A DNA stretch of 64,000 nucleotides from Tricharina praecox (taxonomy: Eukaryota), in NCBI RefSeq assembly GCF_024521635.1, contig NW_026250404.1, forward strand, positions 2,046,001-2,110,000. Direction: 5' to 3'. The notes beneath the pieces are model-generated. The model did not search any database, was not told where the DNA came from, and was given only the letters and a program-made list of their open reading frames with translations. Position 1 is the stretch's first letter. The number at the start of each line of letters is the position of its first letter. A program made the position numbers and the translations under genes. This document shows positions 1 to 12,600 of the stretch, one piece after another.

Positions 1-225
1 ATGTTGGATGATACTCTTCCTGCCGAACAGGACTTCGATATGGACGAGGAGGTAGAGGGTGAGGTGGATAAGGTGTTAAGCGAGATCATGGCCGGCAAGC
101 TGCAGAAGACTGGCGAGGTGCCTAGCACGCCCCTCACTGAGCCGGAGGTCGAGCCCGAGCAATTGGAGGAGGACGAAGCTGGTCTGGAGGATATGAGGCA
201 GAGGTTGGCAATCCTGAAAAGCTAA
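1..225 (+). CDS. VPS24: ESCRT-III subunit Vps24/CHMP3-like (Snf7 family), C-terminal fragment; 5' part lies outside the window
   Basis: Acidic 'DEEVEGEVDKVLSEI' helix and C-terminal MIM-like 'LEDMRQRLAILKS*', as in Snf7-family Vps24 tails. Confidence 0.8.
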   Translation: MLDDTLPAEQDFDMDEEVEGEVDKVLSEIMAGKLQKTGEVPSTPLTEPEVEPEQLEEDEAGLEDMRQRLAILKS

Positions 226-1904
226 GGGTATGAGTCGGCTGGAGTCTTGTTGCGTTGGTATCGGCGCGTTGGGTGCGGGCTTACGCGTTTATGGGTTCCT
301 TTACTTGCTGCGTATACTACATTTCGTCTGTTGCTTTCTTTATGGCTCTAATGTTTCCCTTTATCCGCGTGTGTGGTCCATTTGCGTTATACTGTCGCCG
401 TCTATACAATTCATGACATTTACATGCACATCTGCTGTCTCCGGGCCGCGAAGTCATGATAAAGGTCGAGTACATGTACACGCTGTGTATGTTGTGTTGT
501 AGCCCCAGGTGCATGTACGGCGGACGAACAGCGAGAGACAGGTGGACTTGTCTAACGGGATTTCTGTCAGCAGGTGTCTCTTCACGATCGTTTATGCATT
601 TCGTCCTCTTTTGCTGCTGCTAACTACAATCTTCAGCAATCTATGTATCTTCTGGCTAGCCGAAGGTTTCTTTCTCGCACTAGTATCGCAGCTGCGAAGA
701 CAGCGACTGGTTCACCTGGGACACGTCACACGTATAGAAAGGTGTGATATTTCACCGAAATATTGTCTGTCGTGAACTATCCTAACCCTCCTCGCTTTGA
801 CTGGGAGGTTCACCGTATGAGTGGAGAGTGATTGAATACTTGAAACTGGTCTACCCGAATGCTCTGTTCTACGCCCTGTGCTTTTCGTTTGGTTAATGGG
901 GGATTAGACGAGAGTTCTCGTCTGAAGAGAGGTCGGAGTGCTGACTGCAATATCTCTCCACCTTCTATGATCTGTTTTGTGACGGAACTCCGCGCCCCGT
1001 TCTAAGCAAGATCTAGGTGTTCGGCTTCATCCTAGATCTGAAGCAACGGGTTCTATGAAGTGTGCTACCCCTGATGGAAGATTCTCTTGAGCTCAAACCA
1101 TCAAGCTAGGTTCCGAGTATGCACAATGACGCCATTGGTTGGTCTGTGTCCAGTTCGCCAACTGCTCGCCAGTGATAGCAAGAGATCAAGCACCGCCACA
1201 TCTCACCGCGGCTGTGTCTCGAGTGATGCCTCGAGATGCGTCCAGAAGATAGAGAACAATCCACTGACACTGCACCAATATGCCCCAACGTACGTGCCGT
1301 CACAAGTTTTAGAATATACATTCAATACGGTAGTGCGCACCCTTCAAGGTAGAGTTGCAAATCATGGGTCCAGAGCTTCCACGTTAAGCACCGTGGGGTG
1401 GAAGAGGGAGACGAAGCTTCAACTGAAGTGCTATGCCTATGCGCATCTGTGAAGCACTCTTGGTTTCCCCCGCAACTAGTGCCGATATACCTGCGTAGGA
1501 TATGCTCACTCGCTGGAGCTCTCGTTGTCTAGTTGTTTCAATTGCAGTTTAGGGCTTGGCTTTGCGCGAAATGTGGCGGAGCCCTAGGACGACAACAAAC
1601 GCTGACGCTGCACTAGCCTTCAAGCAGCGAAATCACACTAGCGCCACTCCCTTAACCTCAACTCCCCCTTCCAACTCTCCCTTCCTCCTTCTCATCACAA
1701 CAACCACCGCGCGACAACAAGAACCTTTGACAACTCCCTCACCAACGACCTCGCGAAATAATAAGTTCCTTCACAACTCCTCTAACTACCACATCCTACT
1801 TCCCGCTCCGAACCATCCTTATCTTCCTCGGTCGCGTCTTCGTTGCCACTCATCCTATCAATATAACACATTCTCGCATTCCTTCACTCCCACGATCATA
1901 AGCA

Positions 1905-3643
1905 ATGGCTTCCAACCTTGACCGTTCGCTCGACGAGATCCTCGCTACCCGCCCTCGTGGTGCCGGTCGCCGTGGAGGCAAGCCGGCCGCAGCTGCTGTC
2001 GTCGGTGGTGTTCGCAAGCGCTCTTCCAGAGTTGCTGCGCAGAAGGCGAACGCTTCTATCGTCACCCCCACCAATCCCACCACCACCAGAGCTAAGGGCA
2101 TTCCCACTGGACCCTCTGGCAAGGTTTCGGCCTCTAAAATCATTGTCTCGAACCTGGTATGTCGTCCTGTTTACTTTCCTGCGACGCGACAGTTTCTAAC
2201 AGTCTTCACAGCCTTTCGATGTTTCGGAGCAGATGATTAAGGTACGTCGCTTGTACGACTGAGTCATGCCAAGCATGTCTCGAGGAGACGAGAACGCGTA
2301 CATTTGCAGAACGGAATCGAGAGCCATAAAGCAAGTTTTTGATGCAAAGTGTTGCCGCGAAGGCAACCCTCCTGTCGATGATCTACGCCAGCGTTCGAGT
2401 TATTCACGCGCGTTACGACATGTCGTAACATGGCACGATCTGGCACGCGCCCTTGGGCACATGTCATGATGCCGACCGTTTGGTTCACCCTTGAGGATCG
2501 AGATGACCTCTATCGACTTGGATTCGGTTTGGGATCACATCGAGAGGGCGGTGGACCATCGCGGAGTGGTTTCACCGGTTGCTTTACGGACGGGCGCCAG
2601 AGGGATCGCAGCAGAATCTATCCGATAATCGCCTGATGCTTCACGATTGCATCATGTGGTATATCTAGGGAAGGCTCATTCGCTTGGATTCTGCAGGCTC
2701 CCTTTGGGCCCATGGCTAATCATAGAATCCACCCTTGCTTCCGTTCTCGTCTCCTCATGAAGGCGATTTTCGGAAATTGGAGCTATCGAATGTTGTGGAC
2801 GATTTTCTAACGCAGCTTTTTTACTTCTTAAAGGAATACTTCCAGTCGGTCGTTGGACCGATCCGGCGCGCTACTCTCACCTATGGACCCACTGGACAGT
2901 CTCGCGGTGTCGCCACCGTCGAATTCCACAAGTCTGAGCACGCCACCCTTGCTGCTCAAAAGTACAACGGTGTCGAGGTTGACAGCAGGCCCATGAAGGT
3001 TAGTAGCATAGTTGTTATGATTTATGGGTTCTAACTGATTGAATATGCAGGTTGAATTGGTCGTTGACCCCAATGCTCCCGCCAGCTTTGCCGATCGCGT
3101 TGGGTATGTCCCAGATCTTCGACCATGTCCTATCGCACAACACTGACACGTATTTAGTGCGCCCAACAAGATTGCTGCAGCTAGGCCTAGGGCTGATGCT
3201 AGGCCCAAGACGACCCCCAAGCCTGTCGTCTCTACTGCTCGTGGACGCGGAACCGCTCGTGGCAACAAGACCGCCGGTGCTCGTGGTGGTGTCGGACGTG
3301 CTGGTAGTGGTCGCTCCAAGCCCAAGACTGCCGAGCAGCTTGACCAGGAGATGGCCGACTACTTCGGTGGTAACGAGACTGCCTCTGCTGCACCCGTCGC
3401 GGTTGTCAACGGAGGAGATGGCATGGATGATGATGCTGTTTTGGTTGGTACACCTTGATTTTCTGACCTTTGAAATCCGGATCGGTCTTGCGGATCATTT
3501 GATGCGGCTGATAACGGCGTCTGGAAGTCGGAAACCTCTTCCACAAACAAGACACTGGCTCCGTCGCCGATCCGGACCGCTTCTGGACCAGCTACACTGT
3601 GGGGAATAGTAAGCTGATTAGGACCTTTATCGTGCAACAGTAA
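1905..3643 (+). CDS. YRA1: mRNA export adaptor Yra1/Mlo3/ALYREF-family RRM protein
   Basis: N-box 'LDRSLDEI', RGG-rich linkers, RRM ('IIVSNL|PFDVSEQMIK|EYF...SRGVATVEF...YNGVEVD'), C-box 'KTAEQLDQEMADYF'. Introns 2157-2211, 2242-2833, 2999-3050, 3104-3157 and probably 3444-3640 (then TAA 3641-3643); if the last is unspliced the stop is TGA 3456-3458. Confidence 0.92.
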
Positions 3644-4483
3644 ACGGACACCTCACACAAGCGAATGAAGAGCCAACCTGTCGATAAAACGAAAATACTG
3701 TACCAAAGGGGAATACTGGGCTATCACGAATGGATGGGCACGGGGGCATATGATTTTCGGACAGGGAAATCATCTTCATACTATACTGTTTCTTTTTTTC
3801 TATGTCTTCGGGTTGGGAATCTCATGACTTGTACTTTTTCTATTCTTTTGTTCTACTGTGTGTTGGTTTTGCTTTTTTTTGATTCTGATTCTCGAATGGG
3901 GAGCGGTGCTTGGTTGCGTTTGGGTATCAGTTGGGCAGAATAGCATTTCTGTAATGTTGATGAGTGAGCGCGAGATACATCTGGGTTGGATGTCGTCTGA
4001 ATCGAGTGGGGCCATAGCGCCTTTCCTTGTGAACGAACCAAAAGCCATCATCATGACGTCCATCTAGTTCCAATGTTAGTGTCATCGATCGAGTGCGGAG
4101 GATCTACTTGGTCATGATCTGCCGCTCAGATCGTGCAGATACCCCTACCTCTTACCCCCTTCCACCTTCCCGCCTCTGCATTTACTTTACTTTATTTCAC
4201 CTCGTCGTACATACCAAAGTTGTACTCCTTTATTCCTCGTCTCCTTCGTATACACTCTATCTACTCTACTTATCGATGGAATGATCTTTCGACTGTTACA
4301 CGTACCGTCGACCACAACAGTTTCGAGGATATTGTCACAATCACCGGTGTTTTGCCACAGCCTCAGTAATTTTTGGATATCACGATTGAAAGCCCGAACA
4401 CAGGTTAGACGGTTTCAATGTGTGTATTTTTGTGGAAGCTTCGGGTGGGGTTGTAGGGAGGGAATGCTAATGGTGTGGTAGAT

Positions 4484-6612
4484 ATGCCGCCGAAACGCAA
4501 AGCCGCCGCTGCAGTCGTCGCTGCTGTGATCGAGAGCGACGTGAGTGAGGGTGGTGAGGGTGGTGATAGCGATGGGTTTGTTCCTGAGGAATCGGAGTCG
4601 GAGGACTCTCAGCCAGAAATGGAGGTGGAGGTGGACGGGGGGAAGAACGTGAAGCCTAAGGGCAAGGCTACAAAGAAGAAGGCACCGAAGGCGGCGAAGG
4701 AGAATGGGGACGGTGAAGGTGAAGGAGAGGAGAAGAAGAAACCAGCAGCCAAACGGAAGCCTGTGAAGAAGGAGCCAGAAGAGGACGACGAGCCCCGTGT
4801 TAGGGCGCCGGAGTTTAATAGCTCCTACGTGCCTATTCCGTTCAAGGGACGGATAGGATATGTGAGACACCACTCTCGCTACCTAAGGAATCATCGGATA
4901 CACATATGCTGATACGGTGTCTGTCTAGGCGTGTCTGAATACCTACCTCCGCACTAGCGTTCCGCCCGTCTTCTGCTCGCGCACATGTCGTATCGAAACG
5001 ATTCTCAAGCAGGGAGAATGGACGACAGCGGGACTTCCGTTCGTGCAATCCCTCGCCCTCCAGAACGCAAAGGACCTGTCCACCCTGATCCGCTGGAACG
5101 AGAAATACAAAATCCGCTTCCTTCGTATCTCCTCCGAGATGTTTCCCTTCGCGTCGCACGCAAAGTACGGCTACAACCTCGATTTCGCCCGAGAGACACT
5201 GGGCGAGGCCGGGAAGCTCGCAATGAAGTTTGGTCATAGACTTACGACGCATCCGGGGCAGTTCACGCAGCTGGGGAGTCCTAGGCCCGAGGTTATCAAG
5301 GCTAGCAAGAAGGATTTGGAGTATCACTCGCAGCTACTGAGCGGGCTGGGAATGGAGGGGCAGGCAGACAAAGACGCAGTGATGATCCTGCATATGGGCG
5401 GTATGTTTGGGGACAAAGGGGAGACGCTCGACAGATTTAGAAAGAACTATGCGGGATTGAGTGAGGATGTTAAAGCCCGCCTGGTGCTCGAAAACGACGA
5501 TGTGGTATGTATATCCCCCTCCCGCCGCCGCCCTCGGAATTGGAACGTGGCTGAAAACACAGATCTGGTCTGTGCACGACCTCCTCCCGATCTGCGAGGA
5601 ACTCAACATCCCGCTCGTCCTCGATTACCACCACAACAACATAATCCACGACGAGTCGATGCGGGCGGGGACCGAGGACATCCAGCAGTTCTTCCCACGG
5701 ATCAAGGCTACGTGGACGCGCAAGGGCATCACGCAGAAGCAGCACTACTCCGAGCCCTGCGAGGGATCCGTCACCGGCCGCGAAATGCGGAAACACTCCC
5801 CTAGAGTCCTTAACCTTCCGCCGTGCGACGATACGATGGACCTCATGATCGAGGCGAAGGATAAAGAGCAGGCCGTGTTTGAGCTGTACAGGAGGTATGG
5901 GATTGAGGACGGCGGAGGGGCGAAGGAGGTCGCGCCGCATGAGAGGAGTGATGATAATAGACCGCCGAAGAAGGGCGAGGCGGAGAGGGAGGAGGTGCCG
6001 GAGGAGGAGCTGGGAATGGGTGGACCCGAGGGAAGGGTGTATTGGCCGCTTGGGAAGGAGGAGTGGCTGACACCAAGGAAGAGGGTGCTGAAGAAGAAAG
6101 AGGTTGAAGATTTGGAGGATGGGGCGCCGGTGAAGAGTACGAGGGGAAAGAAGGTTAAGAAGGAGGAGAACCACGATAAAGAAGCTATGAAGGAGGAGGA
6201 TAATGGTGAAGAAGCGCCGGAACCGATGCCGACAAAGAAAGCCAGGCGGAAGAACGGCGTTAAGAAGGAGGATGATGGCGAAGAAGCGCCGGAACCTATG
6301 CCAGCAAAGAAAGCCAGGCGGAAGAACGGCGTCAAGAAGGAAATTGACGGCGAACAGCAGTCGACAGCACCACCACCAGCAAAAAAGTCCAAGCGCGCCG
6401 CAGGCCCATCCAAGTCCATTACATCGACCTCTACCCTCATCACACTGCCATACACAAACGAAAAACCCAGGCGTGGAAGATCCGCGAAGGAAATTGTGCA
6501 CCCGCCTCCCCCAACATCACTGATGGATCCGGAGTCGTCGGGGCTTAGTGATCTCGATATTATGGACACGGAGGATGTGGCGGTCGTGGTGGGGGAGGAG
6601 GGGGATGTATAG
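4484..6612 (+). CDS. UVE1: UV-damage endonuclease (UVDE family)
   Basis: Motifs 'GY|ACLNTYLR', 'FLRISSEMFPFASH', 'HPGQFTQLGS', 'MILHMGG', 'RLVLENDD', 'PLVLDYHH', 'KQHYSEP', 'DLMIEAKDKEQA'; introns 4862-4928 and 5505-5562; charged low-complexity N- and C-tails. Confidence 0.95.
6190..6341 (+). repeat. 72-bp (24-aa) in-frame tandem duplication in the UVE1 C-terminal tail
   Basis: KEEDNGEEAPEPMPTKKARRKNGV / KKEDDGEEAPEPMPAKKARRKNGV, followed by KKE. Confidence 0.9.
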
Positions 6613-9600
6613 ATGGTGAAGGGAGGAGGGACAAAAGGATGTTGTACGATAGTTGGGTTACATACATACTAAGTTTAATAAGAGTGGAATTGACTTGTAC
6701 CTATCTTGGCCGGATAGGATCACAAATGGGGGTATATATTCCGAAGAACGAGAAACCTCCACTACGAGAACCCTCGGCATTGCGAAATTGCAGAGGAAGT
6801 CACGAGTCATCACTCATCCTCTCACTTCATCTTGGATCACCCGACTGCCTGAAAACTGTGGCCAATCTAGGTCCCTGGAAACCTTGTTAGACCATCGGGG
6901 ATTTTCTGGCGGGCAACGATATGGCCGAAGGGGTCCCGGAGGTCGCTGGTCGCTGGGGGAAAGACGTGGCGGGCGGGAGTTGGGCGGAGGGCAGGGGCGG
7001 AACCATAAAAGGCCTGCTGCGGACTGATTGAGGACGGGCCGTGGACATGCAGACGGCGTGTATACCTATCTTACCGTGTATATACCGCTACGATCCGGAT
7101 AGTTAGCTATTACTTATGTCGCAAGCACTCACTCAATCAACGACCAAATCCCCCCAAAAATAAAATAAAATAAGGCCATGTAGGACTTTTCTGCTACCGT
7201 CTTCTCCTTCTACCTTCTCGGGGAGGGGAGGGGAAGCTGTGTCAAAAAACGCCGGCTCCAGTGCGGCGCATTCAGTGCACTTTCCATGTGCCATGTGCCA
7301 AGTGTGATTCCTTCGATCTCGGATCGTATCGGATCGGATCCGTTTGATCATTGACGGGCCTCAGCCCGAGCCCGAGCTCTGTCTGTCGGATCACGCCGGG
7401 CAGCGGTCACTTGACGGGTACATACCGGTACATACCTAACAGGAGGTAGGTGTCCATCAGCGCCGATATCTAGCCTCCTTCACGAGTTTGCATTCGGGTT
7501 CAGCTATCGAGCTCGCCCATCCCATGATTCCCATCCAACGGGCGCAGTTTCCAGTTTCCCAGGCTGGCCACACTTCTTGCAATTTCCTTGTTATTTTTTC
7601 CCGCCGCGACTTCAAAGATCAAAGAAGGCCAGTGAGATTCCATGTCGGGCTCATGTCCTGTCTCCTTGAGGTCCGCGGGGAATCCGCTTCACCTCGAGCC
7701 CACGGAGCTGGTTCACCGCTGCTAGGTATCCCCTCGCACTGCAGCCGCAGTAGTCCCAGCCCGCCCGCACAGGAAAACGCTCCGCTCCGCAGCCACGGCC
7801 CACGGCCAGCCAGCCAGCCAGCCAGCCCCACCGCGGAGGCGAACGGGATCTCGCATGGAACCGCGCGGTTCTGTGCTGCGCAGCGCATCCCGTTCACGTC
7901 CACGTCTACATACGTCTACGTCTACGCCTGTGTCTATGTCTAGGTAGTTCGTGCGCCACGCCACGACCCTTGTCGAAAAAACGCCAACTCCCGCGCCCTT
8001 GTCCGCGTGGACGAACTATGGTTTATGTGGGTTGATGATGTTTCACCGCCACGAAGTCGATCGGCCAGCTCGCCGGCCGCGAAAGCTCACGGAGCCTCAC
8101 TCGACCGCCTACCCCCCCCCCCCTTCCCACCCCCCACTCATTCCCCGCCCCCACCCACCTCGTTGCGTAAGTGCCCTCAATGTACCAGGTAGTATCTACT
8201 AGTATCTATTGCCGCGTTGCGTTGCGTTGGGACAACGTGTCGACGGCACGGGTGCACTCGGCGTCACTCGGGCGCTGCTCCTAGGACCATCTGCCGTGGC
8301 CGAGACGCGGGCCGGATGGGACGGACAGGAACAGGATCGGCACTGCCGTTTCGGGTAATGCTGGTAAATTAACCACGGTACATGGGGAGTATTGGGAGTA
8401 CTTGGGCGGGACGGGGGAAGGGGAGGGGCGGATTCGTATTCTTCTCGCGGGTAAGGCGGGGAGAGAAGACTAGGTGACTAGAAGGCCTGGGAGCCTGGGA
8501 ATCGTCGACTGAGTCTGCGCTGAGTCTGCACTGGCGGCGGCGGGAGCTGCGAGCGGGAGCTACGAGCTGGGTGCTGGGTGCTGGGATCACGGGGCGGTAA
8601 TTTCGATTCCGGTAACTGTGAAATGGAGGGACGCGGCTTTGGGTAGATTGGAGTATCTAGACCACCAGAGCCATGTGACCGAGCTTGGGCTTCCATCTGG
8701 AAGTATTCTCGAAATTACACGAGGTGGACCGTGGAACCGGAGGTCCGGAGCATGAGGTACGAAACCGAACCGGATGATGTTTACCAGGCGCCATCCGCAC
8801 GTATGATACCTACACTGCGAACAATCACGCAGCACCCCGGTTCTATGTGCGCTCTAGTGAGCGAGCGAGCGAGGCATCTGGCCGCAGATCTACGATGTCT
8901 CGCATTCGTACTCTCACCGCCAGCCGGAAGGTGCATTACGACTCATCACTCATCGCCCGTGAGCAGAGGCTCGGCCTTCCGCTTACTTGCCTACTTCTGC
9001 ACTTCTGCACTTCTTACCCATCGCTGTGTACGAGCGGAGTCCAGTCCAGTCAGAACTCCGTATGTACGATAGATACGGTGATCTGCGCCCCATCACGAGG
9101 CTGTCATATGAGGCCCGGTCGGTTGGTCGGTCGGTCGGTTCCCAGGTACATACTATACATACTATATATCTGTACATACTATACATACTATAGACATAGC
9201 ATGTATGTATGTACAAACGATCCCCTTGACATCCCTCCCGCCCTGCGTCGAGACTCTATAGATATGGAGGGATCTCGGCGCCGAGAAAGTGGGAGATTTG
9301 TTTGCGAATTTTAGGGCGCCGAGGTTGATGATTGGACGCGGCTATTGCGGGGCGGTAGAGTAGTAGTCAAGTGCAAGCACCTGGGGGCACGTGTATGTGT
9401 GTGTGGCCGCCGCCGCACGGGACAGCTCATTCGATTCTATTCGATTGGAACAACATGGTATGTATTCGAATCCTGGGAAGAAGAAATAATCATCCGCCGC
9501 GAAAGAAAAAAAAGACAGAAATAATTCTTTAATCAATCTGAAATCCGGCGGCGGGATGAGGGTTTATCTATCGAATTAGGGCTAAAGTGGGTAATTCCAC

Positions 9601-12600
9601 GCAAAACCCTGGAATTTATTCAATGCGGAATACCTAGAAAGTGGGGGGTATGGTGGTGGCGGATGGAGGTACGATACGGACATACGATACGTCGAATGTA
9701 CCGGGAGGAGGAGGGGTGAGTATTTTTGGGCCCTTCTCGGTTCGGAGCGAGGAGCGATTAGTTAGCGTCTTGTCCGAGCGAGATCCGAAGGGGGGAGCTC
9801 CCACGATCTAGAGGCGTGTCTTCCCTACGCTCCGATCGAGACATAGGCAGCTGTATATCGGGAGGGGGTGAGGGGCGACGCAGGTTTTCGCAACTCCGTT
9901 CCGGCGCTGAAACAACATGGACGCGCCGCTGCGCACTGCACCGCACCGAGCCCAACAAACACACTTGGGTAGAGTATTCCCATGTGCTGTGCTTACATAC
10001 CGGTACATACGATCGATAGATACCGTATCACCGTCACCCCACGTCCGTCCGCTCCAACAGCAGCTGGCAAGGCGAGGACCAGGACTTCGGAGATGCCGGC
10101 TTGCCCGGCGAGGGCGAGGGACCGAGCTCAGCGAGCAAACCACCACATAAAAAAAACAATAACTAAAATAAAACACACACACTTCCAACCGAGAAGGCAT
10201 TGAGTGAGTGATGAAGCCTCGAACCGCCCCGCCCCCCGCCCCCCGCCCCCCCGCCGAGCCGGCCAATGGCGAGCGGGCTTTCCACCAACACCCCCCGGCG
10301 ACCGGGGTGTGTGTTGCGGGTACGCATGTGTACGAGTTTCGATGCGTGCGATGCGTAGAGTACTCTACGTACCCAAGTAGTTGGAGAGTGCTCTACTAGT
10401 AGGTACTATACTTTGCCTGGGACTGGGACTCGGCGGGCGGGCGGGGGAGGGGGAGGGAGGACTGACATGATGATGGCCGCCAGCCGCAGGTAGGCTTTTA
10501 AGCACATGCATCGCATCGCATCGCATCACTGGTCGCCCCCACGGGTTGTGATGATAGCCAGTGATGGTGATAGTGGTGGTGATGTGATGGTAAGGTGATG
10601 GTGGGATATCCGGGTGGACTCGACGCACATGTAGGTACGTACTTGACGTACTTGACGGACTGAACAGCAGCAGCCGCCGCAAAGGCACAGGGTACATACT
10701 GTACACATCCCAAACGTTGAGGAATCCCATCCGGACGCCGCAGTGCACGCCTTGCCTTGCAGGTGTCTGGATGTCTGGATGTGCGTGTGGCCGGGGGCGC
10801 TCCTACATACCGGTACTAGGTACTTGGTGGAGTGCTTCACTCTACTCTATGTACTATAGACGCACAGGATTCCACCACTCCACCGCCGTGAGCGACGGTC
10901 CGGTCCGGTCCAGTCCAGTCCAGCCACTGGGGGGGGCCGCGGTCTGGATCTTGGTACATATTGGGGGGTGGACGGGTTAGATATTGCTACCCAACTCGAG
11001 GCTGGCGTCCGTCTCGCTGAATGGCTGGATATCGATATCGATGAGGATGAAGATGGGGAGGGGCTGGGGACTGGGGAAATGCTCCCTCCATCACTGGCAC
11101 TCACTCGCCAAGGCGAGGCATCGCCCAGTCTCCCCCCCCCCCACCTCGCCTCGTTCAGCCTAGTTTTTCGAGTGTTGGGAACATGCTAGAGGTCACATAT
11201 ACCTAGTATATGTAGATGGTTACCGTCGTAGTTAAGTGCTTACTCTGCAGAAGCGTTTGCTGTCTGCTGCTGTCTACTACTGTCTGCTCTACTGCTGTTG
11301 GGAATCCATAAATCCATGAATCCATGAATCCATGATGATGGCGGACCTACATACATACAAGATGCGTAATGATGATGCTGATGATGATGACGATGATGAT
11401 GGTGGGGCCTTTAATCTACTTACAGCACACTCATACGATTCCAACATTGCCCCGCCTTGCGGGGGGCTGTTGAAATTCGAGTTCGTTTGTTCTTATACCG
11501 TACTCTGGCTATACTAGAGTGGCCGGTCGGTCGGCTGGGTTGACAGCTGGTTATGGTGGTGGTGGGAGTGGGGATGATGCCGGTGTGCATCCATGGCGGT
11601 GAGGAAAAGGTGTGGCGCGACATAAGATGCAGAATTCGCGATTGGATTGGATGACATGTACTTTGCTAGTACCTACTGGTATGTGTGTTATGTTGCGGCC
11701 GGTACTTTCGCTCCTATCTGCTCTGTCCGCCGTGGCCCCAACTTCCAAGTCCATGGCCCCATCGTGATCGGTAACTATCATGATCAATTACCTACATGCC
11801 TTGCGGCTGTAACTCTTCACTTATGTACCGATAGCTACTGGTACCGTTGGGGGGTCATCACGTCCTGTCGGCACCTTGCACCTTGCACGCCGCCGATTAT
11901 GTACCATAGACGGAACCCCCCACGCCTGAACCACTCGTGGGGCCCACGGTTCCAACAGTTGCCATGCTAACCTACCATCCGCCATCCAGCATCCACCGTC
12001 CAACTGCCGCTGCTGCACAGTGCACACGCACGCACGCACACTTGGGATGAATTAGATGCTGTCGACCTGTCGATTGGATTCTCTCTCACGCTCACACTCT
12101 TTCCCTCTCTCTACCGTATCTCTCCCGATATCTACCAGGAAGGGGACGAGAGGGGGGCGGGGCCGATATAGCGAAAATTATGCGCTCGAATCGATCGTTG
12201 GGAATGGGTATGGAAGGAAACGCGAACGCCTCCTCCATCCAATCCTCCATCCAAACGGCCATCATGGGCTGCAGGAAAACTGTCTTACCCACAACTGCCA
12301 GAAAAGAACAGAACAGAACAGTTTGCGAACCTGCGGTAAGGTCGAGCCAACAGGCTTCCATCCCCCTCCCCTTCCCACCTCGATATTTTTTATTCCTTTT
12401 TTTTTTACCCCGGGTGCTAGTAGTTAATGGCTTCACACAGCAGCCCGTCCATTCGATCGAGCGAGCGGGCCCACCGACGTCGTTTCGCTCGCCAAGGCCG
12501 AGTCATCTCCCATGCGCATTGCATGTGCAGTATGTAAGTAAGAAGTGCCATGTATGTAGAGTATGTAGGCGCATGTATAGCGCAGTCCCCATCCAGATTT

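Noticed and set aside
1009..1039. Hairpin AGATCTAGG-13nt-CCTAGATCT
   Set aside because: Isolated 9-bp stem, expected occasionally by chance; no supporting context.
3444..3640. TPP riboswitch in the YRA1 terminal intron
   Set aside because: Lacks the conserved GCTGAGA and CCTGAT...GCGTAGG core, and the gene is unrelated to thiamine.
5470..6569. Long antisense ORFs over UVE1 (likewise over YRA1, NTH1, helicase, patatin gene)
   Set aside because: Shadow ORFs from codon bias of the real gene on the opposite strand.
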